A DNA stretch of 59,465 nucleotides, the filler included, from Catajapyx aquilonaris (lineage: Eukaryota), in assembly GCA_000934665.2 (NCBI GenBank). It is 3 parts of 3 records of this genome, joined end to end, with 100 filler letters (N's around TTAATTAATTAA, not from the genome) between each part and the next. Parts side by side here need not be neighbours in the genome. Positions count along the whole stretch, not along the records: positions 1 to 19,730 come from JYFJ02006399.1; 2 more parts are not named here. One strand, 5' to 3'. Below are positions 1 through 11,930 of this stretch, one piece after another (positions within the stretch are counted from its first letter, which is position 1; each line of letters begins with the position of its first letter). Below the pieces are notes generated by a model. The model saw nothing but the letters and a program-made list of their open reading frames with translations. It did no database searches and was not told the DNA's origin. A program made the position numbers and the translations under genes.

Positions 1-188
1 CGCTGGCGGCCATGTTGGGCCAGCATGTAGCCCTCCCCTTTCGTACCTGTAAAGTTCAGCCTTAGTCCGGTAGGGTCGCCACATGATTGCTCTGGGAAAT
101 GTCTCGTGGCGGTGTCAAGGGAGCACCCGGTGCGTAATCCCTCGGCAGGTGATAAGCCCAGAAGATAGGGGTAAGTGTCCGTGGGCTG
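1..188. mobile_element. Right half of a palindromic non-autonomous DNA element, cut by the window edge; same family as 34907-35287
   Basis: 1-188 aligns with the reverse complement of ~34907-35092 (gtacctrtaaagttcagcc..agtccggtagggt; tcggcaggtgataa) and ends in gtgtccgtgggctg, matching the CAGCCC terminus. Confidence 0.75.
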
Positions 189-229
189 CATGGGAGTATG
201 ACTTCGGACCGAAGCAAAACTAAAATTTT

Positions 230-620
230 CGTGCCCAGGAATTCGTCTCCTCACATTAGCACCAAGGTGAAAGTAATATCTCGCGAAACTACGTGCGAAT
301 ATCAGTGGAACGGTTTTACACGTATGTGCACTCCTTGGAGTTTCTAGGTGCCGTTTTTATTTTTTAAATAATTTATGCAATATTATCTGATTTATTACGA
401 CTTTTTATGTCAGCCCATTGCTTTTCCCGTAAGCACGAGGTGAAAGCAATATCTCGGTGATAAATGCACCGATTTTATCAAGATAGGTTTGTCACAAAGT
501 TTGGAGAAATGTCCAGGTGCTGGTTTTTAAAGTTTTACTAAAATGTCTTTTTTCACCGCGTTGTCGTCAGTTTAGTGATGGGGCCGGCTCAGGGGGTGAG
601 GAGACGAATACCTGGGCACG
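230..620. mobile_element. Non-autonomous TIR element, superfamily unassigned
   Basis: 25-bp inverted repeat cgtgcccaggaattcgtctcctcac (230-254) vs gtgaggagacgaatacctgggcacg (596-620), one mismatch; two internal degenerate direct repeats beginning aggtgaaag-aatatctcg. Confidence 0.6.
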
Positions 621-3099
621 TTCAATATTGTGCATAATTATCATGGAGACAGAATGATATGCCGGATATGCCCGTTACCTACGACCATTCTACATCCCAA
701 ACTTTGAATCATTCATATCCCTTGGCATTAGCAATGAAACTGAGAACCGTTTCAATAAAAAATTTAATCTCTTTGGTTCGATGTCTTTCCTGATAATGCT
801 ACAATGCCGTTCATTCATCAAAACATATTGCATTACATTTTGCTACAGATATGACGTGAATTACAGCAGACACTAATAATGATATACTATTGGCGCTTAC
901 GTTTGGCTGGTAACATATTTCAGAATTGCTTCTCTTTATACTGGTTGCTGGAATAAACAATTTGTACCATTCCTCCCTATCTACCTTTGAACTATAGGGA
1001 TTTAGGCAGTGCACCAGTTTGTATGAATACACATATAGTCACATATAGTGACAACGAATTGCTACACTAAACCAGTTCTGTATGTTGTTAAACAGAAAAA
1101 TGAATCGGTGGAACTCCTTTTAAGCCCAGCAACACTGAGTATTATTCGAGCAAACAGTGCAGTGGTGGGTAGCTAGCATAATAAGAGCAAAAATTCCTCC
1201 CTTGGGTCATTATTTTAGGAATGCTCAGTTAGGCCGCCACAAAAGATGAATGGGAAACAACTCGGTCACCTATGCATGTGTTGCGTTTGGAATGTGACAC
1301 ATTGTATAGCCCGCACCTACAAATTACTGGGGCGGAGTAGAGGTTTATTATACGTACCCGCACGTGGATTTGCAGGCCCAAACTCTACTACTGCGGAATT
1401 AATCACAATGCAGAGACGAAAACGGGGCCTGGTAGTAAACAATTGGTGGCGCAGCGCACACAGGGACCCAGACAACACATGACTGTTTTTTTTCTATTTC
1501 ATTTCGGAATAAAAGGAGCGCAGACAAAGCGTGACTCTTTTCTTCATTAGAATTTCAATTAAATTGGGAAATTGAACCTTTTTTTGCAGATTCCGACACA
1601 TCTGTGCGATGGTCTGGCTGAAATGACATTCCAGGAAATAATTACAAATTCTTCCAGCTGTGGAGGTGTCCTGCTACCTATACAACTGCTCCTTGCAGCC
1701 TATGCCAAGGAGTTTCCATCATGGCGCTGGAAATGTTATTTGCCTCATGATGTATTATCAGGCCTCATCGGGAGCTCGTTATTGATTATAATTATATGCT
1801 GACACTTTTACGTCACATTCAACATGCAATAGATTACGTGGCTACATCTCCAAACTAAACTTATTTATTTACCCAGTCATGTTGGAATCAGGACCATTAT
1901 GTACCAAGTTAACAGTAGGTTGACAATTATCTGTACACGACTGTGCACTGCCCTAGTCCGCAGTTCAACAACAGGGTATAGGTGATGAACTTATTGATTG
2001 TTTACCCCCAGCAACCAGTTTAAAGAGAAACAACAATTCTGACAAGTGAATGTGGCCCCGATTATTTCTTCCAGCGCAGCGGGTTGCTTCTCCTGAACCT
2101 GGTTGCTGTTATGTAATAATTGCAATTCTCGGCCTGGATGAATGCTTTTATTTAACATACTATATTATAATATTATGACAATCCTTTAAAGTAGACATAC
2201 CTGTTATAAAATAACTACTGCAACAATATTAAGCAGATTCATGCCAGAATATCGTTAACCACTAACCACTTCAAATGCGACACACAGTATTAGAAAAAAA
2301 TATTCACCAGACAACACACCTTCTTTTCTATCCGCACTAAAACATCAGTAATGTTCATACTGCAGAAATGATAAATAATTATACTTTAGTATATTATAGA
2401 GGTGATTAATAACTGAATAATTCGTATAACTTTATTGGTGTTGCCTGCAGGAAAGGAACAACTTCAATTCGCAGTCTTGTGTATGAACTATAAGGTGTTA
2501 CCATAAAACCCGTTACTCTTAATAAATTAAATTTTATTTAGGAAACATTCATTCAGAATATTTCTTCAGTAAATAATGTGAATATTTTTTATGTGCATAG
2601 ATGATATTATGTGAATTCAGTCCAATTTTTCCCCACTTCAAAGAGGAGAAGGCTGTTAGAGATAAATGCAGGAAAAATAATCCATATTTGATTTATTTTC
2701 ATCAAGCATTCCAGGCCTCCTTTAAGAGAGGGACAGTTATGGATTGCTTACACCAGTAACCAGTTGAAAGGGAAAGCAACCTGTACGAAAGGACAATTAT
2801 TATTAATGATCCACATTAAGTTATGCACACTGGGCGGTGTGAATATGACGTTTTTCATGCAGTATTTCGGCATAGGCAGAATCGAGTCTGCGAATAGTGG
2901 TGAATAACACTTGGAATCTAAATACACGGACGCCAGGAGACACCCTATAATTATTTCCCATAAGTTAATAATTTTAAAAAAAATGTCATCATCGTAATGA
3001 TACTTGGCTCAACAATCATATTTTATTTATATGAATATTTTATTTAAATATGAAGTTGAAGGTGCATTTAATTGCAATTTTTATTGGTTAGTGAAGATG

Positions 3100-3145
3100 A
3101 ATTAGGCTCTGAGGTGTGTACATGTTCACACCTCAGAGCCTAATT
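3100..3145. repeat. Short near-perfect hairpin
   Basis: 19-bp arms aattaggctctgaggtgtg / cacacctcagagcctaatt around an 8-nt loop containing the palindrome acatgt. Confidence 0.9.
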
Positions 3146-3332
3146 AATAATTATTGTCCGTGGCCCCATGCTGAAGAGGGAGTAAGGTAAGAACTGCTCA
3201 ATCTCTGATTCTGTGGAATCTACAGTAGCCTATAGGTGTGTGATATAAAAGTACAAGGGCACCTTAAGGAAGATGTATTTTTATACAGGGTGTTCCAAGT
3301 GGCAGTGTCGTTTTCAGTTACCGGTACCACTA

Positions 3333-3600
3333 CTCCCTAAAAAAAGTAGAGTTAAAAAAACTCAATAAGAGTTAAATTAACTCTTTTAAACCTTGAAAGT
3401 GGTCATTACCAAAAATGAGTTAAAATAACTCTTTTAGTTCATTTCATCCTCCGAAAAGAGTTATTAATTCACTCTTTCGGAGGATGAAATGAACTAAAAG
3501 AGTTGTTTTAACTCCAGCAAAGAGTTATTATAACTCATTTTTGGTAATGACCACTTTCAAGGTTTAAAAGAGTTAATTTAACTCTTATTTTTTTAGAGAG
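3333..3600. mobile_element. Foldback-type MITE built of AAGAGTT/AACTCTT modules
   Basis: Almost wholly palindromic; termini ctccctaaaaaaa / ttttttagagag, flanked by TA on both sides. Confidence 0.75.
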
Positions 3601-4928
3601 TAATATCGTCTGAATTAGTTATTTTTGTGTAGCTTGTTTCGCAGTCGTTTATGTTACAACCTTAAGATTGCGGCAGTCGTAGTGGGGTGTGCTTCTTTTG
3701 GTAAGTGGAATGTTCAAATGAATATTTTTCTTATCATTTCTTTCTTCCATCTACCCACTCCTCACTTTTTCTCGCTTCCTTGGTATTCGAACTTCTTGTC
3801 GAACTTGGCAGTTGGTCAAGGGAAGCAATGACCCCCAACCGTCAGTGTTACTCGACGATAGGCATCTCTATATTGTCTGTCTGCTGCAAAGCTAATCGTC
3901 TCACAACTTCCTCTATTCGTCTCCCGAAAAAGCTGCGGTTACTGGCCCAGTTGGCCACTTTCGCCTCGAAAACAGGACCTTGAGGCCTGCTTTGGTCACT
4001 CTATATCCACACTGATAGCTACCAAGACTCTTAAACACAGGCTGCGTACGTTTGGGGGCATTTTCACATGCCTTAAAATATAATATGCACTAAATAAAAT
4101 TATCTCGTCATTTTCAATATTATAAAGGTCACTTTCCTCAGCCTTCGTATTTGTGTCATCATTTAATTTCTCCAGAAGCAGGATGTTACGAAGAAAAATG
4201 CAAAGCCATACCACGAATACACCATGCCTGATAAGAAAACCTAAGAGATGCACGATTATGATTCAATTTTTCAACTCCAATTCGACAGGTCAGTGGCCGA
4301 AGATCATGGCTTAATAGAAGTTGGAGGTAGTCAGAAAGGGCCAAACACACCCCTCCGATGTTGCCGCCGAATAACAAACGCATGTAACCAGAATTTTATA
4401 GTTGAAAATAGGGAGACAATAACGTGTTATGGCTCTGTTCTAGGTGGCCCCAAAGTGCCTGCTTGCTCTATAGCTGTGTGACGGCTGAGGTTCCTGGGAA
4501 TCAAAACGCGGGAGTTGCACTGGCTAGCTGGCCAGCCACAACACCAGCCATAGCAGGTCGTGCTTCTGCTCTAGTTAGGATTTTGTAAATATTTAGTTTA
4601 GCACTCGTGTTAAATTCTCCGCCCTAGCAAATCAGCTGCATAACAGCATGTGTGCCAGCTCAGAACTGCCCACTTCCAGAACAAGATTCCCAGTACAGAA
4701 CTATTTCATTGAGACATCAGTAGACCTATTATACTGTATAGCACTATTGGGTATTAATATAGTTAATAAGGCTTATTTTGTGACTACTGATGTTTACAAT
4801 AATAAAGTAACAAAACCTTGATTGTCATAATTTCGCAAAGTCTTTGATTATTAATTATTATCAAGTTACTAATTATTGTGAAATACTGCTTTCACGATTT
4901 TTGGCCGATATTCTACTTTTATTGCATT

Positions 4929-5253
4929 CACTCAAAAATATAAAAGTTGAACAAACCAAAAACATGTATAATTCAACCAAATAGGAAGGTTAATATAGAA
5001 CCTGCTAAAAATTTGGTTGAAGTAACCAAAAATATTTGGTTGATGTAACCAACATTTTTGTTGACATGGTGTACATTTGGTTGTGGTAGCTAAGGTTTTG
5101 GTTGAAACGATCGCATAGGCCTTCCACCAAAATGTTTTGGTTATACTTCAACCAATTCTGTTTTTTCAATTCAGCTAAGATTTTGGTGAAAGCAACCAAA
5201 TCTCACTCAACCAAATAGTTTTGGTTACTGTAACCATTTGGGTTTTTTCAGTG
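4929..5253. mobile_element. Foldback-like element with modular AACCAA/TTGGTT repeats
   Basis: Termini cactcaaaaa / ttttttcagtg; many aaccaa and ttggtt motifs in both orientations. Confidence 0.6.
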
Positions 5254-5897
5254 TTTGGATTTTAAATGTGCGCTTTTTTGGAGTTTCCTGAATCCAAATT
5301 ACACTCAAACTAGCTTTCCCTGTATCGTGGTTATAGGATCAGCTATTGTTTTCTTGCTCTTGGAATCCAGGATCTTCTCCCATAATGTACGCGCAGTAAA
5401 TAATTAGGCGTGCTCAGTATCATGGCGTCATTAATTTCCCCTTTTGTATACATTTATGGACCTATTGGTTTATGCGAGTCCGGCAAATGGGAAGCCTTCG
5501 GTTCATTGCATCATCCGGAATGGGGAGGGGTGTGAGGGAGGAGATGGTCGGGCAAACCGGAAGGTAATTTGCAATAAAGTTCTAGGGTTGGTGAGAGGGC
5601 ATCATATGAGCATATAAAAAATTCCCCCTGTATATGGAGTGCTATAGTCAGTATTTTCAATGCGGTACAGAATGTGAGCACATAATTATCTAGCCCTTTG
5701 TCTTCACACCCTGCGGAAGTTGGCCTGAAAAGCTATAAGTTAGCTCTCGTAGGCTACTTTTTATAATAGCTTTGCACTACAGTATGATTCAGGGAAATGG
5801 GTAGGTTGCTGGTAGACGCTATGAAAAATAGCCATTTAATTTTATACAACAGAGTGATCAAATATACTTGACAGACAAGATTGTGTTAAGTTGATAA

Positions 5898-6375
5898 AGG
5901 GACACGCCACTCAAAATACAAGTTGGGTTCTAAAACTCGGGCAAAAAATCCTGATTCCGAGGGTATAAGCAGTTTTTCTGAGAGACGAACGGTAAGGCCA
6001 GTGTGAAAGCTGGAAGTGTGTCGTTCGAAAACCGCGCGCGGGGCGGTGGGCAACGCCACCAAGTGGAACCGGGTGGAACTAGAGCCGGTGCCTGGCGCGG
6101 CCAGGGTCCCCTACATGGTTGCCTCCCCCACCCTAACTGTCTAACTGTCTAGGTGGGGGAGGCACTCATGTAGGTGACCCTGGGCGCGTCTCCTTCCCTA
6201 CTTCTCCGGTTTGACGCGGGATGCTGTTGTATCGCCCTTCTTAGCAGACGACGTGTGTAGATACATTATTTTCCATGTTACCGTTGGGCGTAGGAAAAAA
6301 CCGATTGCACATTCGGAATCAGGATTTCTTGCCCGATTTTTGGGGGCCAACTTGTATTTTGAGTGGAGTGTCCCT
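5898..6375. mobile_element. Kolobok/T2-type MITE
   Basis: ~95-bp imperfect TIRs (agggacacgccactcaaaatacaagttgg / ccaacttgtattttgagtggagtgtccct) flanked by ataa/ttaa; internal hairpin at ~6101-6183. Confidence 0.7.
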
Positions 6376-6971
6376 TTAAGTGCTACCAGCAACTGAGAGA
6401 TTGATATATCCAGTTTAACTTCGTATGAAAGAGAAAATACTTTCCCGCACGTGTAAATACTCATGAATATCAAGCAAGTAAAAGCAATAAAAAGCTGTAG
6501 GCCTATACCTGTTTAGCGTAAATGTGTCAGATTTTTGTGGCTGTGAATCTCGCGTAGTCACCTGACTCAGGTTGCTACAAGTACTCCTGCAACAGTACTT
6601 ACACCGCAGTACAGACCCAACCAAGGTGCCAGTATATAGCTCGGGAACGGCTACAGTACTCGAGATTTCGCAGATATGGATAAGAGATTTTGACCTTATA
6701 GTGTCGCTTAATATCAGTTCAATTTCTTCATCCGGAAAGCACGAAGGCATGGCCTGCCTTAAAGTTGGTGAATTGTACAATGCCTTTTTGTAATGCCTCC
6801 AGCATGATATCGTCGACTTGCTAGCTGCAATCCTCATGTATCGATTCTGATATCCTCATGCAAGTCTTGCTCCGCCTGGAGCGAAAGGCAATCGCTATAG
6901 GCGAGGCTCTCCATTCTGCCCGGACACCATCGCATAAAATGCCTTAATTTATAGCAATGTCGGCTAACATA

Positions 6972-7373
6972 CAGTGTGTCAATGAAATAAGTGCGTTTTT
7001 CTCTCGAAATGATAGAGTGACTCGAAAGAAACATTTTTTTTACCAATACACTTGGTGACCCAGACGAGTCTTAATGAAGTCAGAAAACGAGGGATTGTCA
7101 CGCGTCGCACAAACACGTCATACACTTAGTAACCACAGTAATACCAAGCTGCTACAACAGTCGTTGTCTGGTGGAACGACTGTTGTAGCAGCATGGTAAC
7201 CATGGTATTACTATGGTTACTAAGTGTGTGACGTGTTTGTGTGACGCGTGACAAACCCTCGTTTTCTGACTTAAAGACTCATCTGGGGCACCAAGTGTAT
7301 TGGTAAAAAAATGTTTCTTTCGAGTCACTCTATCATTTCGAAAAAAAAGTGCACTTATTTCATTTACACCCTG
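6972..7373. mobile_element. Tc1/mariner-type MITE, ~400-bp near-perfect palindrome
   Basis: Termini TA-cagtgtgtcaatgaaataagtgc / gcacttatttcatttacaccctg; arms pair to a short loop near 7165-7172. Confidence 0.8.
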
Positions 7374-7929
7374 CGTAGACTAATATATTGTAAGGTAGGC
7401 TACCTGCACAATAGAAAATCTTCAGGAACTCACAATTCCCCCAGTTAGCTATTACACAAAATATGACTGCTGTATAGTTTGGAAGTTCAAACCTTCTCCT
7501 AAATTATGTAAGCAAGTAGTAAATAGAAAAAGAATTCACTGTGGAAGTATTTTAATAAGAATATCAACTATACGTACAATCAATTTCTGCTCAGTTGACC
7601 TGGTGTCAGTAACACCCAAGTAAGTAAGTAACACCCAAAAGAGCGGATCTGCTGCCACGTTGAGGTCGCAGTGATGTTTTAGTTATCATTTTCAATCAAT
7701 TAGTGACTGGAAAAATAATAAAATAATAATATAACACAAAGAAAATATACAGAGCGATAAATAAAAGTTAATAATAATATTGGATGTCGTCCATGCTGGG
7801 GGGAATGTCCCCCGAAAGGCCAACTAGGCCATTAAGGGGTAATCAAAAAATAAAAAATAAAAAAAATTATATGAAAATATGAAATACCGCAAGTGGGGAT
7901 GAAATTGTGACAGTTTAGAGGTTTTTCGC

Positions 7930-8066
7930 AGCTCGAGACATTCCATATTATCAAAGATCCTCCGCAGCATATCCTCAGCAAGAGTCGGGATTGCGGCACC
8001 GATGTTGCTTTCCAAGGCTTCCAACCTCGAGGCGTTGATGTAAGCACAACTCTTCAAATATCCCCA
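7930..8066 (-). pseudogene. Tc1/mariner-superfamily transposase C-terminal relic
   Basis: Translates as WGYLKSCAYINASRLEALESNIGAAIPTLAEDMLRRIFDNM, resembling the WGYLKSxVY...L.ELK..I segment that follows the catalytic motif. Confidence 0.65.
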
Positions 8067-8717
8067 TTCGCGGCTCTTTATCCGTTAGAAACAGAATACC
8101 CAGTTTCACGTGACAAACGTGGTAGTGACATTTTAGGTGATGCCATTAGCCTGATGGGCTTCACTTGTTCTATTTTTTCTTCCTCTACAGGAGGTCATCT
8201 GTCACTACAGTATATTGGTCCAAAGCATTTTGTGCATAAATCCGGAATCTTGATGTTGATATGCTGTGGAGGGCATTCGATAACAGGGAGCGTCGCGTCG
8301 AATCGCGTTCGAGTGCGTATGGAGGTCAGTGAAGGTCAATTTCAGCATTCATTGTGAATAATGCTACATTCACACGAATTAAGGTAAGTTTTAAACCAAA
8401 CATCATGTTTCTAGGTAGGGTAGGAAGAAAAATACAGCTGGTCTTTGGGGGGGACTACCTATTGAAACACCATGTATTACGGTAGGTAACTGTAGTGGTA
8501 GCGTATATCTCGGCGACATTTTCAGTGCCGTAGTCGAAAGTATGAAAAAGTACCTTTTTTACCGCATGGTCATAATTATGTCCTCCAATACCAGTTATCC
8601 TAACAAGTAACAACCATGCCAGAAAACAATAATGTAAGCTAAGTAGGGCTATTTTGTAAATAGCCGTTTATGATTAATAAGAGCCAAATTAACTTTCCAC
8701 TATCAGTGTCAAATGGG

Positions 8718-8790
8718 ACGCCACTTTCAGGAAATAACTTATTCATGTGTTGCAGCAACACATGAATAAATGATTTCTGGAAAGTGGTGT
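8718..8790. repeat. Imperfect hairpin with ~36-bp arms
   Basis: ccactttcaggaaataacttattcatgtgttgc-a-gcaacacatgaataaatgatttctggaaagtgg. Confidence 0.85.
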
Positions 8791-9805
8791 TCTCGAGTTC
8801 TACGATTTCTTATTAGTCTCATCTTGTAGCTTCAAAACAATACCGCAGATAGTAATTGTGGTGACAAAATGTTATCCCACCCCATCCTAAATTAACAAAC
8901 CCAAGCGCATGAAAATGAATGCAATAACACTTCTCTGCTGCAGGCTCAAAGAGAAGCATTTTCATTCATATGAAATTCATCTGTTCTTTGATGCACATTG
9001 GCCAACTTATTTGCAGGTCCGTACCTTGAGCTCAAAAATTACAAAGGAGCCTATAATTATGAGCCTTTTTGAGCTTTCCAACGCTATCAACCAAAATATT
9101 TGAGCTCGCTTCGTTCCCGAGATAAGAATATTGTGGTGCCAACTTCACGTCTACACCACCACTTTGAGCTCAAAATTTATACGCGTGCCCATAATTATGA
9201 GCATTTTATGAGCTTTCCAACGCAATCTATCACAAATTTTGAGCTCGTTTCATTCTCGAGATATGGACGTCCAAGTGTGCTGGGAATGGCGGTGCCAACT
9301 TCACGTCAACACCGCCACTTTGAGCTCAAAAATTACAAACGTGCTCATAATTATGAGCTTTTTTTGAGCTATTCAACGCAATCAAACAACAGTTTTGAGC
9401 TCGCTTCGTTCCCGAGATATCCACGTGCTAAGAATGTTGGTGACAACTTCACGTCAACACCAACACTTTGAGCTCAAAATTCATACCCATGATGTCCATG
9501 AAGCTGGCCCGACCCATTTATAATCCTGGTTAGATAAAAGAATACATATATCATTTGTTTTTTTGTTTACGTTTGTTTTGATGAACAAATCGTTTGCTTC
9601 GGAATGGATCCTTTGTTTTAAAAGAAAACACTGGGTGCTGCTAACTTCACGCAACCCGACCCATTCACTAAACTGATTTATGTGCTTCCGCAGTACTTTA
9701 GGGAAGATATCTTGGTTGCCCTTCTGTGGGAGCGACATAAGATACCCTGCCCATACTCCTTTGATCGGGGTAGTGTTTCTATAGACGCCTCGAACAGGGA
9801 ACAGT

Positions 9806-11930
9806 ATGTCAAAGTCGAAGCCCATTGTGTCGGCTGCGGTGCTACAGGTGTGTGAAAATTACTTCACGAGCCAGAGCAGGGTGACCCGGGTGTTACTCTG
9901 GAGTGGAGAGCTGAAGACAGGAGGGGAGACACCTCACTGGACACTGCAAAGAGCAAGTTGCGGAGGAAATAGTTCAGGCATCAGCAGCGGTATATCGTCA
10001 ACTGTAGGCAAATGATCTTATGAGGGACGGGGGCATGCAGCCACCCTAGCTGTACACGGCTGACGTCCTTCGTAAGGCGAAGCAGCAATACAAAGACTTA
10101 AAAGATGATGTAATTCATGGTTCGGACCCAATATATTATGCGTATTGAGCTCATGAAACACTGTGGCAGTATTCACGTTATCGGGCAAGATACGTTTTAC
10201 TGGGCAGCATTCAATGACAAAACCATCAGAAGATTGAAGGACTTTTATATTGGCGATGCCTATAGGCAGAGACTTGGAAGAATACGAGCAGAATTTGCTT
10301 TATACTCTTACTTCGGTTCTTTCAGAATCAGAGGGACAATACAAATGTGGCTCTTTATTCCCTATGGAAGATTCTCTGAACTTTTTGTCCCAAAAAATGA
10401 AGGGGATTGGAGTTCTGGAGAATGCCATTCAATAAACTAGCCAGACATTCAGCCTGGACAACATCTACCTGATTGTCATGTGCCAGAGTCACTGACAAAC
10501 GCACCGGATTGCATCAAGTAGGTAATGGGTCTGTGATATTAGACAAAGGGCGGAGGAGAGATGCACGAACTCCTTCGACCACGGAGGAAGAGCAAGCGCT
10601 TACTACTCGAGAGATGTCGCCGGAGAGTTTCTGCGCATTAGGGTGGAGCGAAAGACATGAAAATTGTCCGATTAAGTAGCACGGGGTGTCAAAAGTTGTA
10701 TATGGACTAGTATAACGCTGGTGATTTTTTTTGTAATTTTCGTACTTCATCTTCATTCGCCGCAAGAGCCTTCAAGTTTCGCAATTTTTGCGAGAACAAC
10801 ACAATATATTACTGGTACCAGTGACCTGAGGAACGTGGAAATAGCGACGAATTTCCATGGACAAAAATCCTGTTGCATAATGTAATATATTGTGTTGTTC
10901 TCGCAAAAATTGCGAAACTTGAAGTCTCTTGCGGCGAATGAAGATGAAGTACGAAAATTACAAAAAATTCAGCAGTGTTATACTTGTCCATACACAACTT
11001 TTGACACCCCGTGCTATTTAATCGGGACAACTACTTTCATCTTTTTCGCTCCACCCTACTGCGCATAGTACTTGACTTCACCCAATTGTCTGCAGTGATG
11101 GTGAAACACTTCAAATCACCATGCATCACTGCAACTTCTGCTAGGGTAGAAGGAGAATTCGAAGACTGAAGCACAGGGTCCTGAAAGTGGAAGCAAGGTC
11201 ACTGCAGGTTCACAAGCTGGTAGCGAATAAGCATATATTTCTTCCATAGCTGTGTGTATGAAAATTGCAGGGCCATTATGTAACCAGTTTGGCAAGAGTT
11301 TCTCGCGATGAGGATGACTCCGGATCGTCAACAAATGAAACAGAAGAGAATGATGGTGACGTGAAGTCGCAGCCTGATTGTAGTGATCATATTGTCGATA
11401 TTGAAATGGAATCAAAAGATGAGATTGCAGACCTCTTCAGTAGTGAGAAACTGAGGCATCCTGAAGATTCCAGCTCAGAATATATTGTCTTCAAAGGTTT
11501 CAGATGAAGGCACTGCTCCGCGTGATCTCAACGCATACGAGAACTGGAGGAATATGAAAGGACACAGAGGGCTCGCAGAAACAAGAAATCCAAATACTTT
11601 ATATAGTGACACCATGCCCATAGAACTTGATGCTGCTCTTCATGGACAGAGGATGAAGCAGCCTCAGAAGAAATTTCTCATAAATGGTAACAAGACAGGC
11701 TTTGTATACTAACAAACGATGGAAGGGTGGTAACAGTATCCAACACATGCACATTCAACGCAATGGCAACAGTAATCGCCAATGGATACATTGAGGTGGA
11801 AGAGAACAGGGCGTTTTAGACGGATCGAATAATCCTCTGCTTCAGGCCGCAAAGAACCAAGCTACTGTACATTGGACGCTGTCAAATCTACTTATAAACT
11901 GCGTGCTGAGGTTCTAGCCATGAGTCAAGA
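9806..11930 (+). pseudogene. Decayed NOF-FB-like (MULE-related) transposon protein
   Basis: Frame fragments LYTADVLRKAKQQYKD, ELMKHCGSIHVIGQDTFYW, YENWRN, FLINGN and VSNTCTFNAMATVIANGYIE resemble NOF-FB family motifs as I recall them; in-frame stops, frameshifts and a MITE insertion. Confidence 0.65.
10639..11058. mobile_element. hAT-type palindromic MITE inserted in the NOF-like ORF
   Basis: TAGGGTGGAGCGAAA / TTTCGCTCCACCCTA termini, ~180-bp arms, perfect 8-bp TSD ctgcgcat (10631-10638, 11059-11066). Confidence 0.9.

Noticed and set aside
9100..9471. Near-identical ORFs at 9100-9471 (+) and 12271-12486 (-); mirrored ORF pairs at 17122, 33648 and 37038
   Set aside because: By-products of inverted repeats, not genes
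9027..9480. Regularly spaced repeats resembling a CRISPR array
   Set aside because: Whole units are homologous with no unique spacers; eukaryotic transposon arm; no cas genes
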